A stretch of 54,948 nucleotides of DNA, counting the filler, from Sminthopsis crassicaudata (Eukaryota), in NCBI RefSeq assembly GCF_048593235.1. It is 2 parts of 2 records of this genome, joined end to end, with 100 filler letters (N's around TTAATTAATTAA, not from the genome) between each part and the next. Parts side by side here need not be neighbours in the genome. Positions count along the whole stretch, not along the records: positions 25,523 to 54,948 come from NC_133623.1; 1 more part is not named here. The stretch is one strand, 5' to 3'. Under the pieces are notes generated by a model, which saw nothing but the letters and a program-made list of their open reading frames with translations, was not told the DNA's origin and did not search any database. Below are positions 35,701 through 45,743 of the stretch, piece by piece. Numbering within the stretch: the first letter of the stretch is position 1; each line of letters starts with the position of its first letter. The position numbers and the translations under genes were made by a program.

Positions 35701-35979
35701 GGCGGGAGACAAGCACTCCACAACATTGGAACTTTCCCAATCTACCCGGTAAGAGGCCCAATGTTTGAGCCGGGGACCCCTTAGGTCTCTGAATCTCAAA
35801 GGGGACAGAGGGATATTCTCACCGAAGCTGCAGTTGAGACAAAGGCCCTAGGCACATTCCTCCCGGCTGACACCAGGCAGCAGCTGACCCTGACAGCTTT
35901 CCCAACCCCCACTGCCCCTCACCAAGTGGCAAGGGTCCAGGGCGGACCCTACGGACTCACCCATAGTCACTGACACCAT
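29292..35979 (-). CDS. C19orf47: C19orf47 orthologue, complete CDS (8 coding exons, 384 aa; N-terminal SAM-like domain)
   Basis: join(complement) 35961-35979, 32386-32473, 32169-32283, 31431-31512, 30840-30977, 30333-30485, 29865-29935, 29292-29780. GT-AG introns, consistent phases, 1155 nt. MVSVTMATSEWIQFFKEAGIPPGPAVNYAVMFVDNRIQK...SVFKRLGRKTD*. Confidence 0.96.
29865..29935 (-). CDS. C19orf47: C19orf47 coding exon 7
   Basis: GVQRTSVFDRLGAETKADTTTGNK. Confidence 0.94.
30333..30485 (-). CDS. C19orf47: C19orf47 coding exon 6
   Basis: ALGQLEEENVAVPVKRRRVTAEMEGKYIITMPKGTTPRTRKILEQQQAAK. Confidence 0.95.
30840..30977 (-). CDS. C19orf47: C19orf47 coding exon 5
   Basis: AASRMIANSLSRDSPPSTPARRPDASTSKISVTVSNKMAAKHAKAV. 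Confidence 0.95.
31431..31512 (-). CDS. C19orf47: C19orf47 coding exon 4
   Basis: DVCKAAAESLASSPSHLQAELRRSATS. Confidence 0.92.
32169..32283 (-). CDS. C19orf47: C19orf47 coding exon 3
   Basis: RIQKNMLLDLNKEIMNELGVTVVGDIIAILKHAKVVYRQ. Confidence 0.95.
32386..32473 (-). CDS. C19orf47: C19orf47 coding exon 2
   Basis: ATSEWIQFFKEAGIPPGPAVNYAVMFVDN. Confidence 0.95.
33050..33640 (+). mobile_element. Old LINE-1 3' end
   Basis: gagctgatgcaaag..gagcagaaccagga and later 3'UTR text (gttacaggttgaatttattacatat). Confidence 0.65.
33750..34030 (+). mobile_element. MIR
   Basis: gggcctcaagtcaggaagacccgagttcaaat..ctcagtttcctcatctgtaaaat. Confidence 0.75.
34104..34253 (+). mobile_element. hAT/Charlie (OC1-like) MITE with intact TSD
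   Basis: TIRs CAGGAGTCCTCAAACT / AGTTTAAGGACCACTG; perfect 8-bp TSD CATTAGAC at 34096-34103 and 34254-34261. Confidence 0.88.
34616..34765 (+). mobile_element. WSINE1-like SINE
   Basis: GGGGCAGCTAGGGGGCGCAGTGGATAG; B box GAGTTCAAATC; A-rich tail; 16-bp TSD ACAATTGCTAG(T/G)GATT with one mismatch. Confidence 0.9.
35961..35979 (-). CDS. C19orf47: C19orf47 coding exon 1 (exon 35961-36021)
   Basis: MVSVTM; donor GTGAGT. Confidence 0.88.
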
Positions 35980-36649
35980 CTTCTCCCCGAGCACGAGCGA
36001 GCCGGTGCTCCCCAAAGCAGCCTAGGAGGGGAAACGAGGCTCAGTGAGTAGGCTGGCTGGGGCCTCGGCAGGGCCACATTCCTGGGCCAAGCTTCAGAGG
36101 CCAGGAATAGCTGGGGAGCAGCTGTCAGGAAGTCCTGCCAATCCCCCCGCCCAGCCCAGGGCCCTCCCCTCCCACTCTGGCTCTCCGGCACCCTCAGGAA
36201 AGGCCAGCTGCTCTGGAGGGGAAGTTTCTCTCAAGGACCCCTGAAGACCACCCACAATCCCCTTCTCACCCTGCCAGCCCCTCCTCCACCCCACTAAGCC
36301 ATCCCACCGTCCTTCCTCTACCTTCTAGGCCTTTCCCAACGAATGTAATAGACACTAAGCCCCTACCGTGAGCAAGACTTGCTAGGGACTGGGGAAAATA
36401 CAGAGTAACACTGTATCTACCCACAAAGGGCCTTACAGCTACCAAGTGAAATAAGCCAGGGGGCCGCTGGGCTCCCGGGGAAGGCGCCTGCTTTCGGCTG
36501 CCTCAGTTTCCTGGTCTGTAAAACGAGGATGACAGCACCCACCTCTCCGGGCGGAGGAGTTCATTACCTCATGCTTTCTGCAAACCTTAAAGAGCTGCAT
36601 GACTGCCAGCTCCTGGAATTAAGACAGATGCAAGTACGAGGCGCACGGT

Positions 36650-37950
36650 GAGAACCGCCAAGAGCTCGCCCCCATCTGCTGCCGGCCGCTTTAGCAGCGG
36701 CCCGGGCCCTCCGGGAGGGGGCGCAGCGGCCGGCCGTGTCTACGAGGCTCCCCTCCGCAATCCCGAGCATGTTTTCTACATTTAAACCAGGACTGGGAAG
36801 TTGGGGTGGGAGTCCCCCGGGCCGGGCCCGCAAGAGGGGGCAGGGATCCCAAGAGGCTGGGGGAGGGGCGGGAGGTGACGCCAGCCCTCCCCCCGACCCC
36901 GCCTCCCGCTAGATTGGAAGCTGCTCGAGGACAGAAACCGCCCCACTTTGGTCCTAATCTCAGGCCCCGAAACATCGAGAGGCTCAGCGAGTACTCCCGG
37001 GGCTGGGGAATCCGCCTCCTGCCACTGCAGACAGCTGGGAAACTGAGGCCCAGAGGGGCCGGGGCACGATCCCGGGAGTCACGCGGCGACTTCCGGCGCC
37101 CGCCCGCCCGCCTGCCCGACTTCGTCGGGCTGAGGCCCGCTCCCCCCCTCACCTGTCACGGGTCTCGGGCTCCCGCCCTCCGCCCGGAGCCAACGGACCC
37201 CCCCTACCCGCCTCAGTCCTGCCTGGACCGGAAACGCCGCTCGGCGCGCGCCGGAAAAAACCCTCCCCGGCAGGGGTGTGGGAGCCGCTCTAGCCGCGGC
37301 CGCGACCATAGAGCCGGCTGCCTCCCTCAGCCTCCACACGCCCTCAGGACACATGACCCGACGCCTAAGCTCCGGCCAATCCACAGGCTCCGCATGCCGC
37401 CCCGCCCCCACCTCCCACCCCGAGCCTGAAGCACCCGGATGAGGGGGAGGCCCCGCCCAACGCTGCTCCGCCGCGACCACTCTCTGGCAGTTGAGGCTGC
37501 GCGCACGCGCCCCGCCGAAGTTTTCCGTAGCGGAGTTTGCGGCAGAAAACTAGCGCGCATGCGTGGCCTTCGCGTCCCGAGCTGATCTCTCCGCCTCCCC
37601 GTAGGCCGGCTGGGGCGTGCTCTCCTGCCGGGGCCGGCTCCCGGAGGTCGGCTGCCTCAGTCTGTGTCTCCCCCCTCCTCCACCCCCAACTCCGACCCCG
37701 GTAAGTCTGAGGCTCGGGGAGTGACGGAGCCGGAAAGGGCCCCCAAACCCCCGCGGCGCACACGCTCGCGGAGAACCGGGGGCTCCGCCCGCCGGGGGAC
37801 CCCCCAGTGCAGCCGGGGCGCGGAACCCCGTTCTCCCTAGCGCACATCTTGTAAGCGCCTGCTGTGTGTCCCGCACTGGCCCACGCCCGGGGCTACGGAG
37901 ACCAGAGACAGTTCCTGCCCCCTGCAGCTTCCGTCCAGTGTGACCGACGG
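36650..37950. promoter_or_regulatory. Bidirectional CpG-island promoter of C19orf47 (minus) and PLD3 (plus)
   Basis: C19orf47 exon-1 donor (exon ends 37153), PLD3 exon-1 donor GTAAGT at 37701; CCGGAA, CCAAT, GCGCATGCG and GC-box motifs between them. Confidence 0.8.
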
Positions 37951-38645
37951 CGTGCAAACAAGTGTCCGCTGGGGAAATGGGGAAGAACTAAAAGGGTGGG
38001 GGAGGAATCTGCATTTATTCAGCGCCTACTGTATGCCAAGCTCTGGCTTAGGGTACAAAAAGAGGGCAGACAGCCAGCCCCTCCCTCCAGGAGCCTGTGC
38101 TCTCGGAGGAAGTCTGGGAACAGTCCATGTGATAGCGGCCTCCCTGGCCTCCCCCCTTCTCCAGGGAGCCCCCCAGCCTCTCCTCAGTCCAGCGCCCGCC
38201 CTCTGCTAATCACTATTTGGGTACTTGTTTCCCCTTTAGATTGGAAGCTCCCTGAGGACAGAGCCTGCCTCTTGTCTCTTTTTGTATCCTTAGTCCCGAG
38301 CCTGACAGAGCCGTCCCTTAATAAACTGATTAAAGGAGCCAGACGCAGGATAAACTGGAGATTATTAAATGGGGGAGGGGGCAGGGAGAGACGGACATTT
38401 GTCTAGCGGTCACTTTGGGAAGTGCTGGAGATGCAAAAAAGGCAAAGAGACTCACTGTCGGATGAGGGAGACAACGCGGAAAGAAGCTGGACTCTGGAGA
38501 AATTGGAAATAATGGAGGGGTGGGGGTTCCTCTAAAAGGAACTTTTAGCTGTGGGGGGAAGGGGGCCAAGAGGCTTCGATTGATGAGGTTTAGAATCGTA
38601 AATGAAACTAGTGGTAGGTTGGGGTACAGGGAGTCAGAGCTCCCC

Positions 38646-39209
38646 TGCAACCCCTTGGGATTCGGCGCAAGGATACGGAGTTAAATGAGGTCTAGTGGCA
38701 GCGCAGAGTCCCCTTTAAAGGAATTTACAGACCCAAAACCCTAGATTGATAAAAGAGCTTTATTATGGGGTTTGGAAATAAAGTCTAGTTAGTAAAGTTG
38801 AAGGTAGAGGTAAAAGGCACTGGAACCAGGGTTCCAGTGGGCAGAGATCTTGGGCTGCCATGTTAGGAACCTCTGCAAGAGAGGGCTGCAGCTCCACTCT
38901 TTTATAGTGAGAGATTTAGCTAAAGGGGCCTGTGGGTGGAATCCCAGGTTGGCTCCCAGCTGGGTTTCAGCCAGGGTTAGAATTAGAATTGAATTCTATG
39001 GGTTTGGGGACTGAGCCAGATAACAAAGATGGAACTGTCTGTGCTTGGGGTGGAGTCCCCTCCCTGAGCCAGAGTCCAAGGAGGTTTTCCCCTTTCAGGA
39101 TTTTTCAGAGTTTCAGATTTTCCTCATCAAGATGTTGCCCTTAACACTCCTTGAGTGTTTCAGCTGTATCTCTTCTTGGCTCCATCATCCGACCTTGTCT
39201 GGTATTCTC

Positions 39210-39245
<36 letters not shown>

Positions 39246-39338
39246 CCTTCCCTAAAATCTAAGTTTCTTGGGGTCAGGGACCATCTTTTCCCCCCTTTGG
39301 GAGTCTCAGGACTTAGTAGCTGTCTATCAGGGGTCTCA
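38646..39338 (-). mobile_element. Probable ERV LTR, antisense in PLD3 intron 1
   Basis: Minus-strand TATAAAA (about 38900) and AATAAA (about 38760) in LTR order, TG start at 39338, internal polyA run; boundaries approximate. Confidence 0.5.
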
Positions 39339-40184
39339 TTGCTTTCTAAATGAGTTGTTGGAGCACAAAATCAGCATTTGGACCTAGGTAGGCCTCAATC
39401 TGGTAGGCTTTGCACTGTCACATGGCCTCAGGATTTGGAACTGAGAGGGCCCTCAGAACTCACAGAGTGGCTTGCCCAAAGTCATGGAAGAACCTCTGAG
39501 CTAGGAGTCCCGGCCTTCTGATTCAGCCTCTTTCCAAGAGCTTGAGTTCCCTAATGCTGTAGCCATGGAGAGGAACTTCCCCTCTGAAAGCCACAGACCT
39601 CTCATTAATAAGGGGAAGAGGTTGGGCTGACTATTCTTCGAGGCCCCTTCCACCTCCGACATTTCATGAAATTGAGGACGGTCGGTCGGGGCAGCCAGGT
39701 CCTTGCTCTGTGACCACTTCTAGGCCATCGGGTCCCTTCCCTGCAGCTCCCTCATCTGTAAACAGGAGAATGAAACCAGCCCTACTAAGCGGGGGGAGGG
39801 AGTCGTGGAGAATGTGCTTTGTGGAGTCAAACCAACAAACATTTATTAAGCAAGTACCGTGCTCTCAGTGCTGAGTATACAAATATACAAAAGGACAGTC
39901 CGCCCCTTCTGGAGAAGAGGGAGACTCCTCCCAAAATGAGCTGAAAAAGGGGGTGAAGGTGAGGTTCAGTCCTGGGGAAGCCCGGAGAGGGCTCCAGCCA
40001 AGCTCAAGGACAGAGAGCCCCTAAGGCCACAGTTAACAAGTCAAAAGGCAGGATTTGAACTCTGGTCTTTCAGATCGCCAATCTGGACCATCTATCTACT
40101 GCTGCCCATGGTATTTTCTTGGCAAAGACATCGCAGCAGTTTGCTGCTTCTTATGAAAATTAACATTTATCTAATACCTACTAT

Positions 40185-40330
40185 GGGGCAGCAAGGTTGC
40201 TCGGTGGATAGAGCACTGGTCTCTGGAGCCAGGAAGATCCACGTTCAAATCCAGCCCCAGACACTTCATAACTGTGTGACCGGGAGCAAACCACTCACCT
40301 TGATTGTCCCCCCCCAAAAAAAAAAAATCA
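40185..40330 (+). mobile_element. Marsupial tRNA-derived SINE
   Basis: ggggcagc..gtggatagagcac..gttcaaatcc..polyA. Confidence 0.75.
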
Positions 40331-40924
40331 AACACAAACATCTGTGCTAAATGCTTTACAAATATTTCATTGGATCTTCACAACAATCTTGGAAATGGGG
40401 TGCTATCATTATGCCCATTACACAGTTGAGGAAACTGAGGTAAGCAGAGGCTTAGTGATCACACAGCTAGCAAGCAGGCCCGGCTCTCCACCCAGCTGCA
40501 TGTCACGGAACCTCTGGGTATCTCAGTTTCCTCCTCTGTAAAGTAAATCAGGCCTGATGTAACTTTGAAGCTGGGGGACTTGCCACGGTCCGTAGCTGGA
40601 AACAGAATATCAATAATGATACTCTTCTTTTTCAACAATAACCCTGTGAGGCAACGATGTTGCTGCGCCTGAGCTGCTACATTGTAGAAAGGAGAGCCGG
40701 GAGGCTCCCCCTCAGACTCCCAGGCCAACGCTCTCTGCTAAGGCCCGCTGCACCAGGAGGAAGCCGCAGCTTCTCCTACAGCGTGGACTTTAAGGGCGCG
40801 GGAGCCACGTCTGCCCACCCTGACCCCCGCTTGCAACTTAGTACCCAGCTGTGTTTAATGGCTAAGAAATCTCCCATTTGGGGAGAGTTAATAATTGCTT
40901 ACTATTACCACTGCCATACAGCGG

Positions 40925-41160
40925 TACAGCCAGGGGGCGCCATAGTGCATCAAGCACGGAGCCTGGAGTCAGGAAGGCTCAGCTCCCTGAAATCAAATCC
41001 TGCCTCACATACTGGCTGTGTGACCCTGTGCAAGTCACTTCCTCCTCTCTGCCTCAGTTTCCTCATCGGTAAAATGAGCTGGACAAAGAAATGGCAAGGG
41101 GGGGGAAGGGTACTCCAGAATCTTTGCCAAGAAAACCCCACGGAGAGCCGTGAAGTGTGA
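40925..41160 (+). mobile_element. Mar1-like CORE-SINE
   Basis: CORE followed by tactccagaatctttgccaagaaaacccca. Confidence 0.7.
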
Positions 41161-42627
41161 AGACATTTATTGATTCGTTCAATTAAGTTGCATTCAGCAA
41201 GTTTATGTGCTAGGCACCGGGCTGCTTGGTAGAGATCCAAATGATGAGCACACCATTGAATGAAGTGTTCCCGAAACACTTACTATGTGCTTAGCACCGA
41301 GCCTAGAGCTGGGGATTCCCCTAGAAAAACAAGCCGGTCCCTGTCTTCCAGGAGCTTCCGTTCTAAAGGAGTGGAAACCATTACTGTTACTCCGTCATTC
41401 TGGACTCATTCAACTCTTCGAGACCTTATTGGGGTTTCCTGGCAGAGAATGAAGTAGTTTGTCACTTCTTTCTCTAGCTCATTTTACAGAAGAGGAAACT
41501 GAGGCAAATGGGGGTCAATTAATAGTGCCACCCAGCTGCTTGGAGGACTCTAGCTGAGAGCTTTGCAGGCCTGGGGTGGAGCTGGGCCAGAGCTTGGGGA
41601 GGGGGAGGAAGGGGGGAGCCAGCTGGACAGAGTATGAGGCAGAGGTGAGGAAGAACAGGAGGAGTCAAGGGAAGTTGCTCCAGGAAGCTCGATGGCAGCT
41701 GGATGGAAAAGGGCTCGAGAAACTAGACTTGTATTTTAGCCCCAAATTGCCAGAGAACAGCAGGTTCTCTTGTGGAGGTTAGGGGGTGGGAGGGCAGGAA
41801 GCTCATTGAGCTGCTGTGAATGGGCTGGAGGCAGGGAAGCCCATTAGGAGAAGGCACAAGGGTCCCAACTGACTAGGGCTGGCAGCAAGAGGGCCATAAG
41901 TGGGATTGCTGAGAGCTGGCAATGAATTAGAAGGCCCTCCGGGATGTGGTCTGGGTACAAGGAAGGCTGGCGGGGTTCTGGATGGCAGAAAGAGGAAGTC
42001 AGAAGGAAGGGAGCTTTGGGAACCAGATGATGAGTTCGGTTTTGGACCGGTCAATGGGAGCTGCCTGTGGATATCACCGTGTAAAGGGGAGGAATGGTGC
42101 CCCGGATCTCAGATTCAGGAGATAGTTGGGGAGTATGAAGAAGGACTGTGGCCTCTCCCAGGCCCTTGCACCCTGTCTGATTTTCCCACACTCACAGACA
42201 GTGCCAAGTGTAAGGAAGGGGCCATTTTTACCCTGGAGGGAACTGAGGCGGTAGAGGTGAGCTCATTTGCCTGGAGTCAGGGAGGCCTCAGCCCAGGCCT
42301 CCTGCCTCTCCAGCAGCATCTCTCCCTCCACACCTCCAAACAGCCCATGTTTACAATGTGCTGTATCTCGGAGGAGCGGCACCGCCACCCGGAAAGTCAG
42401 GTAGAGCAGGTCTGGCTTCCCTCCATTTTGCAGGCCAGTTGAATGAAACTCCGGTGTCCCTGGCTTGTCAGGGATCACGTGACTAGGAGGCTCTGGCAGG
42501 GCCGGTGGGAAGGGTGAGTGGATTGGTCAGGGGGTCAGAGTGTGTCCTGGAAGTGGAATTGCCAAGATTGGGCCATGAATTAAACATTTGTAAGAGATGG
42601 GGGGAGTCAGGAAGGACTCTGAGGGCG

Positions 42628-42741
42628 CAGGATCTGAACCCAAAAGTGGAAGATCTGAACCCGAAGGTACAGGATCTAGACCCGAGAGGGTAGGATCTGG
42701 GCCCAAAGGCACAAGATCTGGACCCAAGGGCAGAGGCTCTG
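42628..42741. repeat. Degenerate 21-bp tandem repeat (about 5.4 copies; CAGGATCTGRACCCRARGGYA)
   Basis: Units start at 42628, 42649, 42670, 42691 and 42712. Confidence 0.85.
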
Positions 42742-44903
42742 TACTCGTTATGTCCCTCTCTGGGCCCAGATCTCCCCACTATTTCACTCTTCCTGGGAGC
42801 TAAGAATGATCATCATTAATAGCACATTCATAGAATTTCAGACTTCCCTCTGAAACATACCCAACAAACAGTGAACCAGCCCTGCCTGAAGCCCGCCCGT
42901 GGTGCTGAACTCATTACCTTGAGGCAGCTGCTGGCCTGCTTGGGCAGCTCTGGTCATTGGGAAGCTGCTCCCGGGCCTCAAGCCTCAGTTTGCTCTTGGT
43001 TGCCATTGTCATCACCACCACCCCCAAACCCAGACAGAGCAAGGCCATGGCAGGCCTCCAAGCACTTCCTGACAGCTCCAAGCCCAAACTCCAGATTCTC
43101 ACAATGTGGCACCAAGGGAGCAGACTCGTCCCTGGGTGTCTCACAGCAGGCCGGGACCTGCCGCCTCCTTCTCCCTAGAAGCTCACGTGGCCCAAGAATG
43201 AATTGTGGCTACCACATCACAAGAAGAGAAAAGCAATTATTAAGCACTTACTGTATGCCAAAGACTGAGGCTAGAAAACAGGAATATGGGCCAATCCTGG
43301 GACTCACGGGGTTCCTATTCTAGTAGAGGAGAGGAGACAGAGGAAATTCTATTGCTCTGAGGATGGAGCCCCAGGACCCAGGGGCCCCTCTACTCCCATT
43401 AATACAGCTTGTTGCTTGGTTGTTCTGAACCTTTGTCGGTTGTGTCTGAATCTGTGATTTTATCTGAGGTTGTTTGGGCAGAGATACTGGAGTGGTTTGC
43501 CATTTTCTTCCCCAGCCGATTTTACAGAGAAGGAAACTAGACAGAACCAGAGTGAGGTGACTTGCCCAGGGTCACACGACTAGGGAGTGTCTGTGACTGG
43601 ATTTGCATTCTTGCTTTGCACTCTGGTTGTGATCCCCCCCCCCCCAGGCCCTTCCATTAACAGCACATGGCAATAAAACCTTCCAGGTGCCATAGTGTGA
43701 GGATGCCCTTTGAGCCTTGTAACTCCTCAGGGCAAAGGGGTGGGCACCCAAAGGCGGCCCTCCGGCCTGAGCTTCCTGAGCCCGGTTCTCCCTCAGCCAT
43801 ACCTGGAGTTCTAGGGGGCCCGGGACAGCCAGGCTGGGAAGAGGGAGTGGGGAGACGGGGCCATTCGGCAGGAGTGGGGCAGCATGTGGCAGTCCTGGAG
43901 ATGGAGCCTCTCTGTGACCTCTCTGACCTCTGTTTCCTCCTTGTTCAGTCCAGGAGAGGTGACTTGTTCGGTCCCTCCCAGCCCTGAAGCTGGGAGACCG
44001 AGCCAGAGGCTGCTCCCACCCTGGCCCTCAGGGTCCATGAACTTGGGGGTGCAGGGGGCGTCATCTTAATTACAGGGAGAGGAAGCTCAGGGAAGCCTCG
44101 GGCTCCAGCTGGCAGCCACACCCCAGGGTCAAGGCTCCAGGACTGGGGAAGTGGGGGAGGCAGAAGGAAGAGGGGGCGCCCAGCTGGCAAAGAGATTGCA
44201 CAGGATTCTGAACAGAAAGAGCCTTTGGCCCTGTCTGACCGAGAAGGAAACTGAGGCTCAAAGAATACGGGGTGCTCTAGGAACCCAGTATCCCACAGGC
44301 AGTCTAGCAGCCTGTCAGGATGCATTTATTAAGCACCTACTGGGTGCCAGGCCCTGTGGATACAAAAAGAGACCCAGCCTGCTCTCTGATGGGGAGGTGA
44401 CAGGAAGCAAAGGGCTGTGTCCCAATGGGCTGCGCAGGGAGGAATCAGGCACAGTTAGGAGGGGACCTCAGGAGTCCGGATTTATCAGGGGATGGCCCTG
44501 GGCCGCAGACCCTGGGGGGGAGGGGGGATCAGAGGCTGCGGAGCGGGCGTGGGGGCGGGAGGTCCCCCTGCCTGGCGGCCGCCTGTCAGCAACAGCTTTG
44601 CTTTGCACCCAGGCGCACGCGCACTGATTCACCCATGCGCCGCCCGCCCACCCAGCCTGGGGGTGGGAGAGGGCCCCTTCTCTGGGATCTCCAGACTGAC
44701 TGGCCTGGGGGGGGGCGGGGGGGAGACGGCTTTGTTCCCAGAGCCGGCTGGGGGCGGGAACTCCCGGAGCGTGCAGTCTATGCAGAGGGGCCGCAGGCTG
44801 CAGTGGGGCTGAGGGGGTGGGGCCAGCCGGAGACCCCGCCCTCGGCTGCTGCTGGGGGGTGGGGCCAGCCGCTGCCTGATCCGGCCCCTTTGCTGTCTCG
44901 CAG

Positions 44904-44967
44904 CCTCCAGCCTGGCCCGGCTCCCCATCTGGGAGAAGAAAGACATCGGGGCCCTCTGGGACTCCAG
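44904..44967 (+). other. Candidate PLD3 non-coding 5'UTR exon within a second GC-rich promoter-like region
   Basis: Acceptor cctttgctgtctcgcag, donor CCAG|GTAAGC. Confidence 0.5.
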
Positions 44968-45716
44968 GTAAGCGCCAGCTGAGCCCCCGCGAAGGCCTCT
45001 GGGGAGAGCCGGGATTGCCTGGGGCCCTGGACCCAGCCTGCCCAGAGGGGCTGGGCCCCCCACCCAGCCCCTTCCTCCCCACCCGCCAGGCTCGGGGTCC
45101 TGCCATCCACCCGATTTGTCAGTGACGCAGGGGAAGGTTACGGCCGCCAGAGCCCCGCAGTCTGGCTCCGAGGGAGGACACCCCGCGCTCGGGCTCAGCC
45201 AGCCTGCGCTGCCGCCAGACTCCCCCCCAATCCTGCAGGGTGGGGGAGCGGGGCTGCTGCTGTCACTCGGGCTGCCCCCCTTCCGAGAGGTTCCTCTGGG
45301 GGAACAATGGTGTGTGACAGTCGCAGAGGGGGCCAGGAGGGAAGCAGGCCTGCCAGCAGCTCTCCAGGGGCTGCCCTCAGTGCCCAGGCCTCAGGTCAGC
45401 AGATCTGGCTCTGAAGTGATTGCTTCTCCCGGCTCCATCTGTACAATGGGCACGCGGGTGGCCCCTCGGAGGGCCTCGGCTCCTCCCGGGCCCCGAGCGT
45501 GAGAAAGACAGAGAGCTCAGGCATTGCATAAGGCCCGCTCGTGGCCCGCTGGTTTCCTCCTTTTGAGGGGAAGAGAGCAGGGCATGCTGCCAGCAGACCC
45601 TGTGATCTCCCCATGGCCACTGGACCCCTGCGGGGGGGGCGGCGGGCTGAAATCCTTCTGTCTTGCTCGCAGCCCTTCACCCTACTCCCTGGCCCTGCCG
45701 GGCTTCGCTGAGGAAG

Positions 45717-45743
45717 ATGAAGCTGCATACTGTCTACCAACAG
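45717..45743 (+). CDS. PLD3: PLD3 coding exon 1 (exon starts 45673)
   Basis: MKLHTVYQQ; donor GTGAGG. Confidence 0.85.

Noticed and set aside
38818-38839. Small perfect inverted or direct repeats (CACTGGAACC-ag-GGTTCCAGTG here; CCTGGACGTCCAGG at 51262-51275; 16-bp direct repeat at 15257-15289)
   Set aside because: They are short, isolated and within chance or local-slippage expectation for 55 kb; the first lies inside a probable LTR.
41803-42064. Minus-strand apparent exon/ORF in PLD3 intron 1, and the overlapping 180-aa plus-strand ORF 41900-42442
   Set aside because: One frame reads SKTELIIWFPKLPS, the typical L2 ORF2 motif, so this is a degraded L2. The plus-strand ORF has no recognisable homology.
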